From the NCBI RefSeq assembly GCF_963921235.1, contig NC_086108.1, positions 55,864,001 through 55,928,000 on the forward strand: a stretch of DNA of 64,000 nucleotides, given 5' to 3'. Below the pieces are notes generated by a model. That model saw only the letters and a list, made by a program, of their open reading frames with translations. It made no database searches and had not been told where the DNA came from. Each line of letters opens with the position of its first letter. Position 1 is the stretch's first letter. The position numbers and the translations under genes are program-made. The stretch is from Mobula hypostoma (taxonomy: Eukaryota). This document shows positions 24,081 through 35,845 of this stretch, piece by piece.

Positions 24081-25843
24081 TACAGCCTGAGTGCTAGAAA
24101 ATGGGATTGGTGTACAGAGATAGTTAATGGCTAGCATGGGCATGGACAATTAGAAGGCCTGTTTGGTGCTGAATGGCTGAATGTGACAAAATCTTGTTCA
24201 TGGTGTCTTTCTTTCTCTAAACTGAGCTCTTTGAACAGGCATAAGCAATTTCTGTTCCACCCCACCCATTTCTAACTGCAGCCAATGTTTCCCCACCCAC
24301 TGCAGCCCACACCTGGTTTTAGTCACAGCAAATGTCTACATAAGCAACTCCTCAATTTCCTGCTGGTTTCTCTGCCCCTTCATTCCTTGTTTTCTTTTCC
24401 ATTTACAACTAGTGCCTCTGCCAATGATCAGGTTTTCACTTACCAGTTGTCCTCAATTCCTTGCCATTGTTGGCCTCACAATTTACTTTGTCGCCACTTT
24501 AGTATCAAGGTCTAACTCTGCAAACTTAGATGAAGGCCTGTTTAATTGCCTAGAAACCTTATAAGCCAAATAACTCATTGTAAAGTTGCTGGAATTAACC
24601 ACATTTCCAACTTATTTTTGTACTGTCCAGAAAGGAAATTTTAATTTCCTACACTCAGTACTTTGATGAATAAAAGTGTCCAATCAATAATGTTTTTCTT
24701 TATTTCTGCTGTTTGCAATTTTTTTCTCCTCCAACATTTAATCTTCCAATGTTTGTATTTTAGAGGAGGCATTGTCAGTTGGCAATGAAAAAATGCCATT
24801 GTGCTAATTTGAAGCTCGCAGTAAATTTCACACAGCCCAGTGTGGGCAGATGGTGCTAAAAATAAAATTTCACTGGCACTCTCTTGTCACTTAATAAATT
24901 GGCACAAGTTTTAAACCCCACACAGAGCCATCTGCAAGAAGCAATCTCCATAGTTTGTTGAAATATATTTAACTTATTAAACTCAAATGAGTCATCTGAT
25001 GGAGTACGTGCCGCATTAATTGGAGCAGCTTTCACCCCGTCACCCAAACGTGGTGCTGTTCTAACGAGGAGATATTTTGTTTCCCTATTACAACTGGATC
25101 CAGAATTGAAAGGAATTGTCTGCTAATTAAAAGTTTTCGATAGCAAAATAAGTTATGATTATACTGCCTAACTCATATGTGACATTTCCCAACCATAAAT
25201 CTTTGTGGAATACTTGCTACATACATAATTTGAATTAAAACTGATGATCAGTTCTACCACACACAGTCATTTCAATATTCACGAAGCGAATGCCTTGGTG
25301 TCAGATTTACTCATTAGTGATCTGTACTTAAACCCACACAGTGAAAACAGCCGCAAGCTGATAAGAGAATTTATGGTTGAAGAATCTATAAATCACTGGG
25401 ATGCAGAGGCGAGTGAATTACTTCTGGTGGAGAGGAGAATACCCAGTTCTGTACTATCAATTCATATGGAGTTTAAGAACACGTGTAGGTCATTTAACTT
25501 CTTATTTCTGTTATGATATTCAACGAGATCTGCAACCTAATTCCATGTGCTTTTGCTCAATAATCCTCAGTATGTTTGCTTAATAAAAATCTATCAATTT
25601 AAAATTAACATATGATGAAACTTTAACTGTCACTTCCAAAAGAGTTCTTAAATTCCACAATCCATGCATGTCAAAATGCTTCGCGGCATTTCTCTCCAAA
25701 GGGTGTGGCTCTTATTTTTTGAAGTATTCTTTCTCCCCACACATCCCTGCACCCACTCGCCTCCCTGGAAATAATCCAAAATGGTAATAACATCTCCTTA
25801 ACATATCGAAAATCACGAATCAAATCTTGTAAAAGTTTCAGAA

Positions 25844-26165
25844 TGTTATGAAACCCACCCATCCACGCACACCAGCTTCCGAGATTCAAATGCTCTAACT
25901 CCCCGGAGAATGGATAGCTGACTCGGCCCTTTAAAGATTCAGGCCATTCTTGCAAATTGGTAGTCACGTCTTGGGGGTTAACGATTGAGCATTTAAGGAA
26001 CTCCTGAACTAGGGTTCAGTGTATAATTGTAAACCTATTCATGATTTTGTCTAGTGTTTGTCTTGTGCTCAGATTCTCGATTCAGTTTGAAACCGTGTCT
26101 TGATCCTAGCCCCGGATACTCCAGCACTTAGGTCCAAGTCATTCTTGTCAAGAACTCTCGTCATA
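25844..26165 (+). repeat. 5' LTR of the Sushi-like Gypsy
   Basis: Starts TGTT, ends TCGTCATA; shares start (ACCCATCC..CACCAGCTTCC) and end (CAGTTTGAAACC...ACTCTYGTCA) with the 3' LTR. Confidence 0.8.
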
Positions 26166-27211
26166 GTACGACTAAACCAGCATGGACCCAGCTGGGTATC
26201 AGAGTCTTTCATCTGCTGAGACCAGCCACAATGAAAATACTTCCCATCAAAGCCTGGAGATACATGACCTCCAGGTAGCCATAGGTCAACTTTTGCAAGG
26301 AGGAAGCCAGAGTCACCTGGGAGAATCAGTCGGTACCACTGCCGAGCCAGGACATCTTCCAGCCCCAGAGAGATTTGACAGTGACCTCGGTTCTTGCTGC
26401 AGCTTCCTCATCCAGTGCTTGTTAGTGTTTGAGCTCCAGCTGTCCCGACTCCCTTCAGTGCACCGAGTCGTGGCCTTCATTATTTCTCTTCTGACTGGGA
26501 GCCCTGGCCTGGGCCACTGTGCATTGGGAATGCAGGTTGAAGATTTTCTCGCACTCAGAGAAATTCATGGACGTCATGAGGGAGGTGCTTCATCACCCTA
26601 TCGGAACCGGTTGCACTTTGGCCTGCCTGATGAAGGTTTGACGGGGGGATGGACAGAGGCCAACTATACGATCAAATTTCAGACCATGGCCCAGGTGAGT
26701 GGTTGGAATGGGGAGGCCTTAGAAATGTAATACTGCCACAGGCTCTGAGAAACTGAAAGATGCCCTCACCTTGGGAGAGCCAGCAGAGAAATTAGAAGGT
26801 TTCATCGACCGGTCCATTTGTCTCGATCTCTCTGGCAAAGCGTAAGTGGAACTACATCATGAGGTCAAGGAGGGCTAGCCCAAGCCCAAACTCAATGCAT
26901 CATTGATCCACTCTCCAACCTTGGACCACGACCAGCCCGTAAAGATCCTGTTGAACCCATGCAGGTTGGTTGCACTGGACTCTGTCGCTGAGAGGTCCCC
27001 GTGCCGGAATCAAGGTTGCTGCTTTTACTGTGGGGAAGCAGGTCACCTACAGGCCAAATGTTCAAAGCTGCAGCCACCTGGGGAACTGCTAAGTCTGTCA
27101 AATACTGCAAGGGCTGTGATGGTAGCAGCCATTACACCCAACTCCACGGATTCTGGTTTTGTGCTAAAGGTGCAGTTTACCTGGGGTCAGAACTTGAGGC
27201 AGGTCAAGGCT

Positions 27212-27271
27212 TATAAGACCATGAGGTATAGGAGCAGAAGTAGGCCATTCGGCCCACCAAGTCTGCTCCGA
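27212..27271 (-). mobile_element. About 60-bp CR1 3'-terminal hairpin insertion in the Gypsy protease
   Basis: ATAAGACCATGAGGTATAGGAGCAGAAGTAGGCCATTCGGCCCACCAAGTCTGCTCC splits QVKA|.VDSGA. Confidence 0.8.
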
Positions 27272-28235
27272 CTCTGTAGACTCCGGAGCAGTGGGTAATT
27301 TTCTGGATAGAGGAACTACTAGCTGGTTTGACATACCACTGTGAAAGTTTAGTCAGTCCTTGCTTGCAACTGTCTTGGACAGCTGCCCACTAGGTAGCAG
27401 GCAGATCCTGCAACAGACTGGAATTGCAGATGAGGATAGAGGATCAAGTGGAAGACATTAGTTCCTACATTATTGACTCTCCATTCATACCCCTGATCCT
27501 TGGGTGCCTTTGGCTATTCCAACATAACCCATCCAAGGACAGGAGGGAGGGGAGAATCTCTACCTGGTCCAACCATTGAAAGAGGGATTGTTTTCAACCC
27601 CAGACTCTCCCAAGACCAACAGCCAATGACTTCTGCTCAGAGTAACCTGGAGCCTTCAGAAAACCCAGTCCTACCTTCCAGGGAAGACAAGCTGGCTCAG
27701 GTGAATAGGCCTGTGCGAGTCCTGATCCATTACAGTCAGGCATGCGCTACAACGAGATCACTAGCTCAGGAGCAAATGAGGGAGGTGCCCAAGCACCATG
27801 GAACTCTAGCAGCTAAGCCAATGGCCTCCAGTTAACAAGTCCTCTCCAAGGGGGAAGGCTCCAAATTGAAGATCCTTGAAAAACTATTCCCAGGAACAAA
27901 AGGACCTTTTGGCGTACCTCACTGCTGATGTCTGAGGAGATGGATGAGGATTTCGATTGTGATTGACTTCTGTTTTCACTAGACTCTTGTGGACCTATGG
28001 GGGAGACTCTGGGATCTGCCGAAGCACCCCCGCCATCGGGAGAGTCTCAGAAGTCATCCTCAGAGGAAGGTTTGGGGGTAATTGCAGCACCTGAGTGGGT
28101 AGAAATCCCTTCCCTCTACAAGGATTTGGAAGGGGCCTACAACTGAGCAATAGATCTACTGCCAGGTACTTGTCCTCCGCGGGGTCAATTATACACACTC
28201 TCAGGCCTGGAGAGAAGCTCTGTGGAGGAGTATAT

Positions 28236-31200
28236 TAAGACCATAAGACATAGCAGCAGAAATAGGCCTGCTGCTATGCCTTATGGTCTCAATGTGTACT
28301 TAAGAATGTATAAATAATTGTAGTTTTATACATATAAAAAAATGGAAAAGGTTATATGTGTGAAAAAAGTACATGATAATTGTGAACTCCTTATCCAAGT
28401 AAAAATAAAATTAAAAAAAAAAGAAATAGGCCATTTGGTCCATTGAGTCTGCTCCGCCATTTAATCATGGCCGATCATTTTCTCCCCTCCTCAGCCCCAC
28501 TCCCCGGCCTTCTCCCCATAACCTTTGATGCCGTGTCCAATCCAGAGCCTATCAAGCACTGCCTTAAATACTCCCAACAGCCTAACCTCCACAACTGCCT
28601 GTGGCAATAAATTCCACAAATTTACCACCCTCTGGCTAGAGAAATTTCGCCACATTTCTGTTTTAAATGAACATCCCTTTGTCTTAAGGCTGTGCCCTCT
28701 TGTCCTAGACTCTCCCACCATGGGCAACACCCTTTCCATATCTACTCTGTCTAGGCCTTTCAACATTCAAAAAGTTTCAATGAGATCCCGCCCCATCCTT
28801 CTAAATTCCAGCGAGTACAGACCCAGAGCTGTCAAACATTCCTCGTATGATAACCCTTTCATTCCCAGAACCATTTTTGTGAACCTCCTCTGAAACCTCT
28901 CCAATACCAGCACCATCTTTTCTTAGATGAGAAGCCCAAAGCTGTTCACAATACTCAAGGTGAGGCCTCACCAGTGCCTTATAAAGCCTCAATATTACAC
29001 CCCTGTTCTTGTATTTTAGACCACTTGAAATGATTGCTCACATTGTATTTGCCTTCCTCACTACAGATTCTACTTGCAAGTTAACCTTTAGGGTGTTCTG
29101 CACAAGGACTCCCAAGTCCCTCTGCATCTCAAATTTTTGGATTTTCTCCCTGTTTAGAAAATAGTCTGTACATTTATATCTACTAGCAAAGTGAATGGCC
29201 ATGCATTTTCCAATACTGTATTTCATTTGCCACTCTTTTACCCATTCTCCTAATCTGTCTAAGTCCTTCTGGTTCCTACCAGTTTCCTCAACACTAGCTG
29301 TCACTCCACCAATCTTCATATCATGTGCAAACTTGGCAACAAAGTTGATCTGTTCCACCATCTAAATCATAGGTATACAGCATAAAAAGAAGTGTCCCAA
29401 CACTGACCCCTGCAGAACACCACTAGTCTTTGGCAGACAAGGATCCTTTTATTCACACTCACTGCTTCCTACCAATCAGCCTTTGCTCTAACCATGTTAG
29501 TAACTTTCCTGTAATACCAAGAGCACTTAACTTGGTAAGCAGCCTCATGTGTGGCACCTTCTCAAAGGCTTTCTGAAAGTCCAAATATACAACATCAACT
29601 ACATCCCCTTTATCTATCCTACTTGTAATCTCCTCAAAGAATTCCAACAGGTTCATCAGGCAGGATTTTCTTTTAAGAAAACTATGCTGACTTTGTCCTA
29701 TCATGTCCTGTGTCACCAAGTACTCCATGGCCTCATCCTTAACAATTGATTCCAACATCTTCCCAACCACTGGGGTCAGTCTAACTGGTCTATAATTTCT
29801 TTCAGCTGCTTTCCTCCTTAGAGAGTGGAGTGACATTTGCAATTTTCCCGTCCTCTGGGAGCATGCCAAAGTCTAACAATTTTTGAAAGATCATTACTAA
29901 TGCCTCCACAATCACTACCACTACATCTTTCAGAACCCTGGGGTGCAGTTCATCTGGTCTGGGTGACTTATGTTCCTTCAGGTCAACAACATCTGGCACC
30001 CTTCAACATCTGGCACACTGCTAGTGTCTTCCACAGTGAAGCCTGATACAAAATACTCAATGTCCCCTGTTACTATTTTCTAGTGGTCCTATACCTACTC
30101 ATCTCTCTTTTATTTTTTACATATTTGAAAAAGCTCTTACTATCTACTTCAATATTTTTTGCTAGTTTTCTTTCATATTTCATCTTTTCCCTCCTAATAA
30201 TTCCTTTGTAGCTGTCAGTAGGGATTTAAAAGCATCCCAATCCTCTGTCTTCCCACTAATTTTTGCTTTGTTGTATGCTGTTTCTTTTCCTTTGTCATGA
30301 GCTTTCAGCCATGGTTGTACTACTTTGCCATTTGAGCATTTCTTTGTTTTTGGAATACATCTATCCTGCATCTTCCTCATTTTTCCCAGTAGCTCACACC
30401 ATTGCTGCTCTGCTGTCATCCCTGCCAGCATCTCCTTCCAATTTATCTCTCTCATACCACTGTAATTTCCTTTACTCCACTTAATTACTGCTACATCAGG
30501 CTTTACTTCCTCCCTATCAAATTTCAAGTTAAACTCAATCATATTATGATGACTGCCTCCTAAGGGTTCTTTTACCTTCAGCTCCCTAATCACCTCCAGT
30601 TCATTACATAACACCAATCCAGTATAGCTGATTCCCTAGTAGGCTCAATGAAAAACTGCTCTAAAAAGCCATCTTGTAGGCATTCAATCAACTCACTCTC
30701 CTGGGATCCACTTCCAACCTGATTTTCCCAATCGAGCAGCATGTTGAAATCTCCCATGACAATCCTTTGCCCTTTTGACATGCTTTTTCTATTTCATGTT
30801 GCAATCTGTGGTCTACATCCCAGCTACTGTTGGCAGGCCTGTATATAACTGCCATCAGGGTCCTTTTACCCTTATAGTTTCCTAACTCAACCCACGAAGA
30901 TTCAACATCTCCAATCCTTGTCATATCCTTCTACTGATTTGATGCCATCTTTTACCAGCAGAGCCATGCCACCCCCTCTGCTGACCTTTCTATCCCTCCG
31001 ATACAAAGTGTAACCTTGGACATTCAGCTCCCAACTACAACCATGCCTCAGCCATGATTCAGTGATGGCCACAACATGATACCTGACAATCTGTAAAAGT
31101 GCAATAAGATCATCCACCTTATTTTTTATACGCTGGTGCACTGAGATATAACACTTTGAGTGCTGTATTTGCTAACCTTTTTGAATCTGCATCCCTAATA

Positions 31201-32487
31201 CACTGGTACCCTGCTGGCTGTAATTATGTCCTATCATCTGCCTGCCCTTCCTGACAGTCTGACTGCATGCTATCTTTGCTTCCTATCCTGACTCCCTTCA
31301 CTCTGGCTCCCAACCCCTTGTCAAATTAGTTTAAACCCTCCCCAAAACTTCTAACAAACCCGCCTGCAAGAATATTGGTTCCCCTCGGGTTCAGGTGCAA
31401 CCCGTCACTTTTGAAGGGGTCATACCTACCCCAGAAGAAATCCCAATGATCCAAGAACCTGAATCCCTGCCCCCTGCACAGGTTCTCAGCCACATATTAA
31501 TTTGCCAAATCATCCTGTTTCTACTGTCATGGGTGCATGGCACAGGCAGCAATCCAGAAGTTACTACCAGGTGGTCCTGCTTCTTAGCTTTATACCCAGC
31601 TTTCTAAATTCTCCTTTCAGGACTTCTTCACTTTTCCTTCCTATGTCATTGATACCTATATGTAACAAGACTGTTGGCTGCGCTCCCTCGCTCTCCAAAA
31701 TGTTGTGGACACGATCCAAGGTTGCCCTAACCCTGACACCTGGGAGGCAACATATCATCTGGGTGTCCTGTTCATATCCATAGAATCTCCTGTCTGTTCC
31801 CCTGACTGTTGAGTCCCCTATCACTACCGCTCCACTCTTCTCCCTCTTTCCCTTCTGCACCATGGTGGCATGCTCAGCACCAGTAACTCAGTCTCCATGG
31901 CATTCCCCTGGAAGGTCATCTCCCACAACAGTATCCAAAGTAGTATACATTTTCGAAGGGAATGGCTGCAGGGGTGCTCTGTGCTAACTGTCTATTCACA
32001 TTTCCATTCCTTCTCCCGACAGTCAGCCAGCTGCTCACCTCCTGCAACTTAGGGGTGACTACTCCCCTGTAACTCTGAGTGACTATCTCTCACTCTCCTG
32101 TACAAGCGGAAGGTCATCCAGCTGCTGCTCCAGATCCCTAACATAGTTTTCAAGGAGCTGCAGCTGGATGCTCTTCCTGCAGGTGTAGTTCCCTGGGAGA
32201 ATCTGGGTCTCCCAGGACTCCAACATCCGGCATGAAGAACACATTTACTACACTAGGTAGAACAAGAGAGAGAGGAAAAAAGGGGGAACCCAAACGAAGT
32301 TTACCCAGAACCAACACCTTTTTCGAGCCAAAGCCTCTTTTGAGACAAAGCCGAACACTCCTACTCTCACCACTAGCCTACTCCCAACAATGGCTGCCCC
32401 AACAGTGGCCACCCAGCTTGTCCCTTCTGTACTTTTAAACAAGCGTTGCGACCTGCGAGAAACCTCATCGCTGTGGCCTGCTCCTGC
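28236..32487 (-). mobile_element. Near full-length CR1 LINE (ORF1 esterase + ORF2 EN-RT), decayed
   Basis: ORF1 VIGDSTVRG...HIGINDIG (SGNH-like, 31564-31863); EN VVAITESWL; RT YLDFQKAFEKV and KFAHD; tail at 28236. Gypsy frame (EEYI | ALALGFIRP) resumes on both sides. Confidence 0.92.
28269..28421 (+). mobile_element. Short poly(A)-tailed retrocopy (L1-mediated) with 11-bp TSD
   Basis: AGAAATAGGCC at 28258-68 and 28422-32; AATAAA at 28404-09 followed by an A-run. Confidence 0.75.
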
Positions 32488-34933
32488 CGCTCTTGCCCTG
32501 GGATTCATTCGGCCCTCTAACTCTCCAGCTGGCTCTGGCTTTTTCTTGGTACAGAAGAAGGATGGGAGTCTGCGGCCTTGCTTTGATTATAGAGGGCTGA
32601 ACTGTTACCCTCTTCCATCAGGAACACTGATTTCAAGATTCTCCAAGGGGCACGAGTATTCTCGAAGCCAGACTTGCGGAGTGCATACAACATGGTTCAC
32701 ATAAAGGAGGCCGACAAGTGGAAGACGGCATTCAACACACCAATAGGACAGTGAGCATCTGGTCATGCCCTTTAGCCTTGTGACCTCTCCAGCTGTTTTA
32801 CAGGCCTTTATAAGTGACCTGAACTGGGATGCTCTCCATAAGTATGCCTTCGTCTACTTGGATGACATCCCAATTTACTTGAAGTCGATGGAGGAGAATA
32901 TTGCTCATGTCAGAGATATCCAAAGGTGGCGTCTTGAACATGGAGTTTACATCAAGCTGGAGAAGTCTGAATTTCACAAAACCACGAATCTTTTTTTTTG
33001 TGCTTCATCATAAATAATGGTAATCTCAAAATGGACTTAGTAAGATTTTGCCCACCACCATCCAGTGTGAAGTAGGGCTAACAATTCCTGGGATTTGTCA
33101 TCTTTTCTCAAAAGTTTATCAGAAGCTTCAGCCCAGTAGTGACTCCACTGACAGCACTAACCGAGAGATCGATGAGCCCTTTTGTTTGGACTACCAAAGC
33201 GGAGGCTGTTTTCACAGAGCTCAAACGGCAGTTCAAGACAGCTCCCATTTTGGTCGCCAGACCTCCCCTTCATCGTGGAAATGGACACCTGGGTTGTTGA
33301 AGTGGGGCAGTGTTGTCTCAGCAGACACCTTTGGCCAATGACTGCACCCGTATGCGTTCTTTTCCAGGTGACTATCCCGGCAGAGGTATATTACAACAGA
33401 GTAGAGAGCTGCTCACAGTCAAGTTGGCTCTGGAGGAATGGCACCTCTGGCTCACAGGGGGCCAAGAACCCTTTTATCGTCTGGATAGAGCACAAGAATC
33501 TGGCTTATATTCAGGAGGCCAAGAGACTAAATTCCAGGCAGGCCAGGTGATCTCTTTTCTTTCACTGTTTTAATTTCATCCTGATTTATCGACTGGGATC
33601 AACCAGAACCCAGATGCCTTGACCCCTCAGTTTGACAAAACCGAACAAGAGAAGCAGCCTACCACCATTTTGCCCCAAGCCAAGGCGATAGCTCCAATTC
33701 ATTAGGGGATCAACACACTTGTTTGCAGGGCTCAGGCAGAAGGAGGGATTCCTCTGATTGGCCCTCCAGGAAGCTGTTCATTCCTAGTCCCGTACAGTTT
33801 CTGGTTCTTCAGTGGGGACATGTATCGAGATTGACATCTCACCCAGGGATTGTCCAGACCCTCGAGTTCATTAAGAAAAGATATTGGTGGCCTGGAATGG
33901 TGAGGGAGGACCATCAATGTGTGCCAGCATGCAAGGTGTGAGCCTAGAACAAGGATCCTTGCACCCAACCTCAAGGGCTCCTTCATTCTCTGCCTGTTCC
34001 GGAAAGACCAGGGGCTCACAACTCCATGAACTTGGTCATGTGTCTTCCTCCTTCCAAGAGGAAAACCATTATCATGGCAATTGTGGATTATTTTTCAGGG
34101 GCCTGCAAATTCATTGCCTTAGACAGACTTCCATCTGAGGTGGAGAGGGCCAAGATTGTCCTGAGGCAGGCCTTCAGGATCCATGGTTTTCCAGTGGACA
34201 TTGTGTGGGATTGTGGTCCACAATTCGCATCATGTTTCTGGAGGGCAATTTGCAAACTGATTGGGGCAACAGCGAGTCTTTCCTGGGGGTTTCACCCAAA
34301 GTCCAAATGCCATATGGAACAGAACCAAGATATGGAATGTACTGTAAAATGCCTGGCCTCTGAAAGTCTGAACAAGTGGAGCAATCATTTGATGTGGGCA
34401 GAGGTCACTCACAACGCTTTACAGCATTCGGTGCATTGGATGTTTCCTTTCACATGCCAATTTGGGTATTCTCCGCCACTCTTCCCTGAACAGGAGGCAC
34501 AGGTTGGTGTTCCCGCAGCTAAAGATCTCATCCGATGCTGCAAGGAGAGATGGACTAGGGCAAGGGTAAGATTTTGTTAGTTTCTACCTGGAAGCAAGAA
34601 GTAAAGGCTAACTGCAAGAGAAGATGGGGACCAGTTTTGCAGCCTGGGCAACAGGTCTGGCTGTCAACTCAGGATTTGCCTCTCCAGGTGGAGAGTAGGA
34701 AATTAGCGTCCAAGTCAGCGAGTTAGAACTGCGAGAAGAGTTTAAAAAGAGGTAGTTATTTCTTCAGCGGTTTGATCGAGGCACGACTGCGCAAGCGTGT
34801 GGTCATCAGCGAGTTAGAAAGAAGACAGCTTTACAGAGCGGTGGATGAAGTAGGAGGACTTTGGTTCAACGGGGCTTCGTTGATAACGGGTCGAGGCCAG
34901 GTACGCTACCTGTGAAGAATATAAACAGGAAGT

Positions 34934-35845
34934 ATGTCTGTGAGGCCAGTGTTCTGTACTGGATGTCAGATGTGGGAAGTCCGGGAGACTCCCAGCCTCT
35001 CGGAAAGCCACAACTGCGCTAGGTGCATCAAGTTGCAACTCCTTAGAGACTGCGTTAGAGAACTGGAGATGCAGCTCGATAACCTTCATCTGGTCAGGAA
35101 GAGTGAGGAGGTGATAGAGAGGAGCTATAGGCAAGTGGTCACACCAGAGCCTTGGGAGACAGATAAGTGGATAACAATCAGGAGAGGGAAGGGCAAGAGT
35201 CAGATACTAGAGAGTACCCCTGTGGCTGTCCCCCTTAACAATAAGTACTCCTGTTTGAGTACTGTTGGGGGGAACGACCTAACTGGGGGAAGCAACAGTG
35301 GCCACGCCTCTGGCACAGAGTCTGGCCCTGTGCCTCAGAAAGGTAGGGAAAGGAAGAGGATGGCAGCAGTAACAAGGGACTCTATAGTTAGGGGGTCAGA
35401 CAGGCAATTCTGTGGACGCAGGAAAGAAACACGGATGGTAGTTTGCCTTCCAGCTGCCAGGGTCCGGGATGTTGCTGATTGCATCCACGATATCCTGAAG
35501 TGGGAAGGAGAACAGCCAGGGGTCATGGCACATATTGGTACCAACGACATAGGTAGGAAAAGGGAGGAGGTCCTGAAAACAGACTACAGGGAGTTAGGAA
35601 GGAAGTTGAGAAGCAGGACCTTAATGGTAGCAATTTCAGGATTCCTGCCTGTGCCACGTGACAGTGAGTATAGGAATAGCGTGAGGTGGAGGATAAATGT
35701 GTGGCTGAGGCATTGGAGCAGGGGGCAGGGATTCAGATTTCTGGATCATTGGGACCTCTTTTGGGGCAGGCATGACCTGTACAAAAAGGATGGGTTGCAC
35801 TTGAATGCGGGGGTGGGGGGCAATATCCTGGGAGAGGTTTGCTAA
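34934..35845 (+). CDS. CR1 ORF1 protein (Cys cluster + coiled coil + SGNH esterase-like), open 303 aa
   Basis: CTGC...CARC, LRDCVRELEMQLDNL heptads, RDSIVRG, HIGTNDIG and DGLHLN motifs. Confidence 0.8.
   Translation: MSVRPVFCTGCQMWEVRETPSLSESHNCARCIKLQLLRDCVRELEMQLDNLHLVRKSEEVIERSYRQVVTPEPWETDKWITIRRGKGKSQILESTPVAVPLNNKYSCLSTVGGNDLTGGSNSGHASGTESGPVPQKGRERKRMAAVTRDSIVRGSDRQFCGRRKETRMVVCLPAARVRDVADCIHDILKWEGEQPGVMAHIGTNDIGRKREEVLKTDYRELGRKLRSRTLMVAISGFLPVPRDSEYRNSVRWRINVWLRHWSRGQGFRFLDHWDLFWGRHDLYKKDGLHLNAGVGGNILGEVC

Noticed and set aside
26182..26730. Domesticated PEG10/RTL-like gene
   Set aside because: Frameshifted and embedded in an LTR-flanked, decayed retrotransposon.
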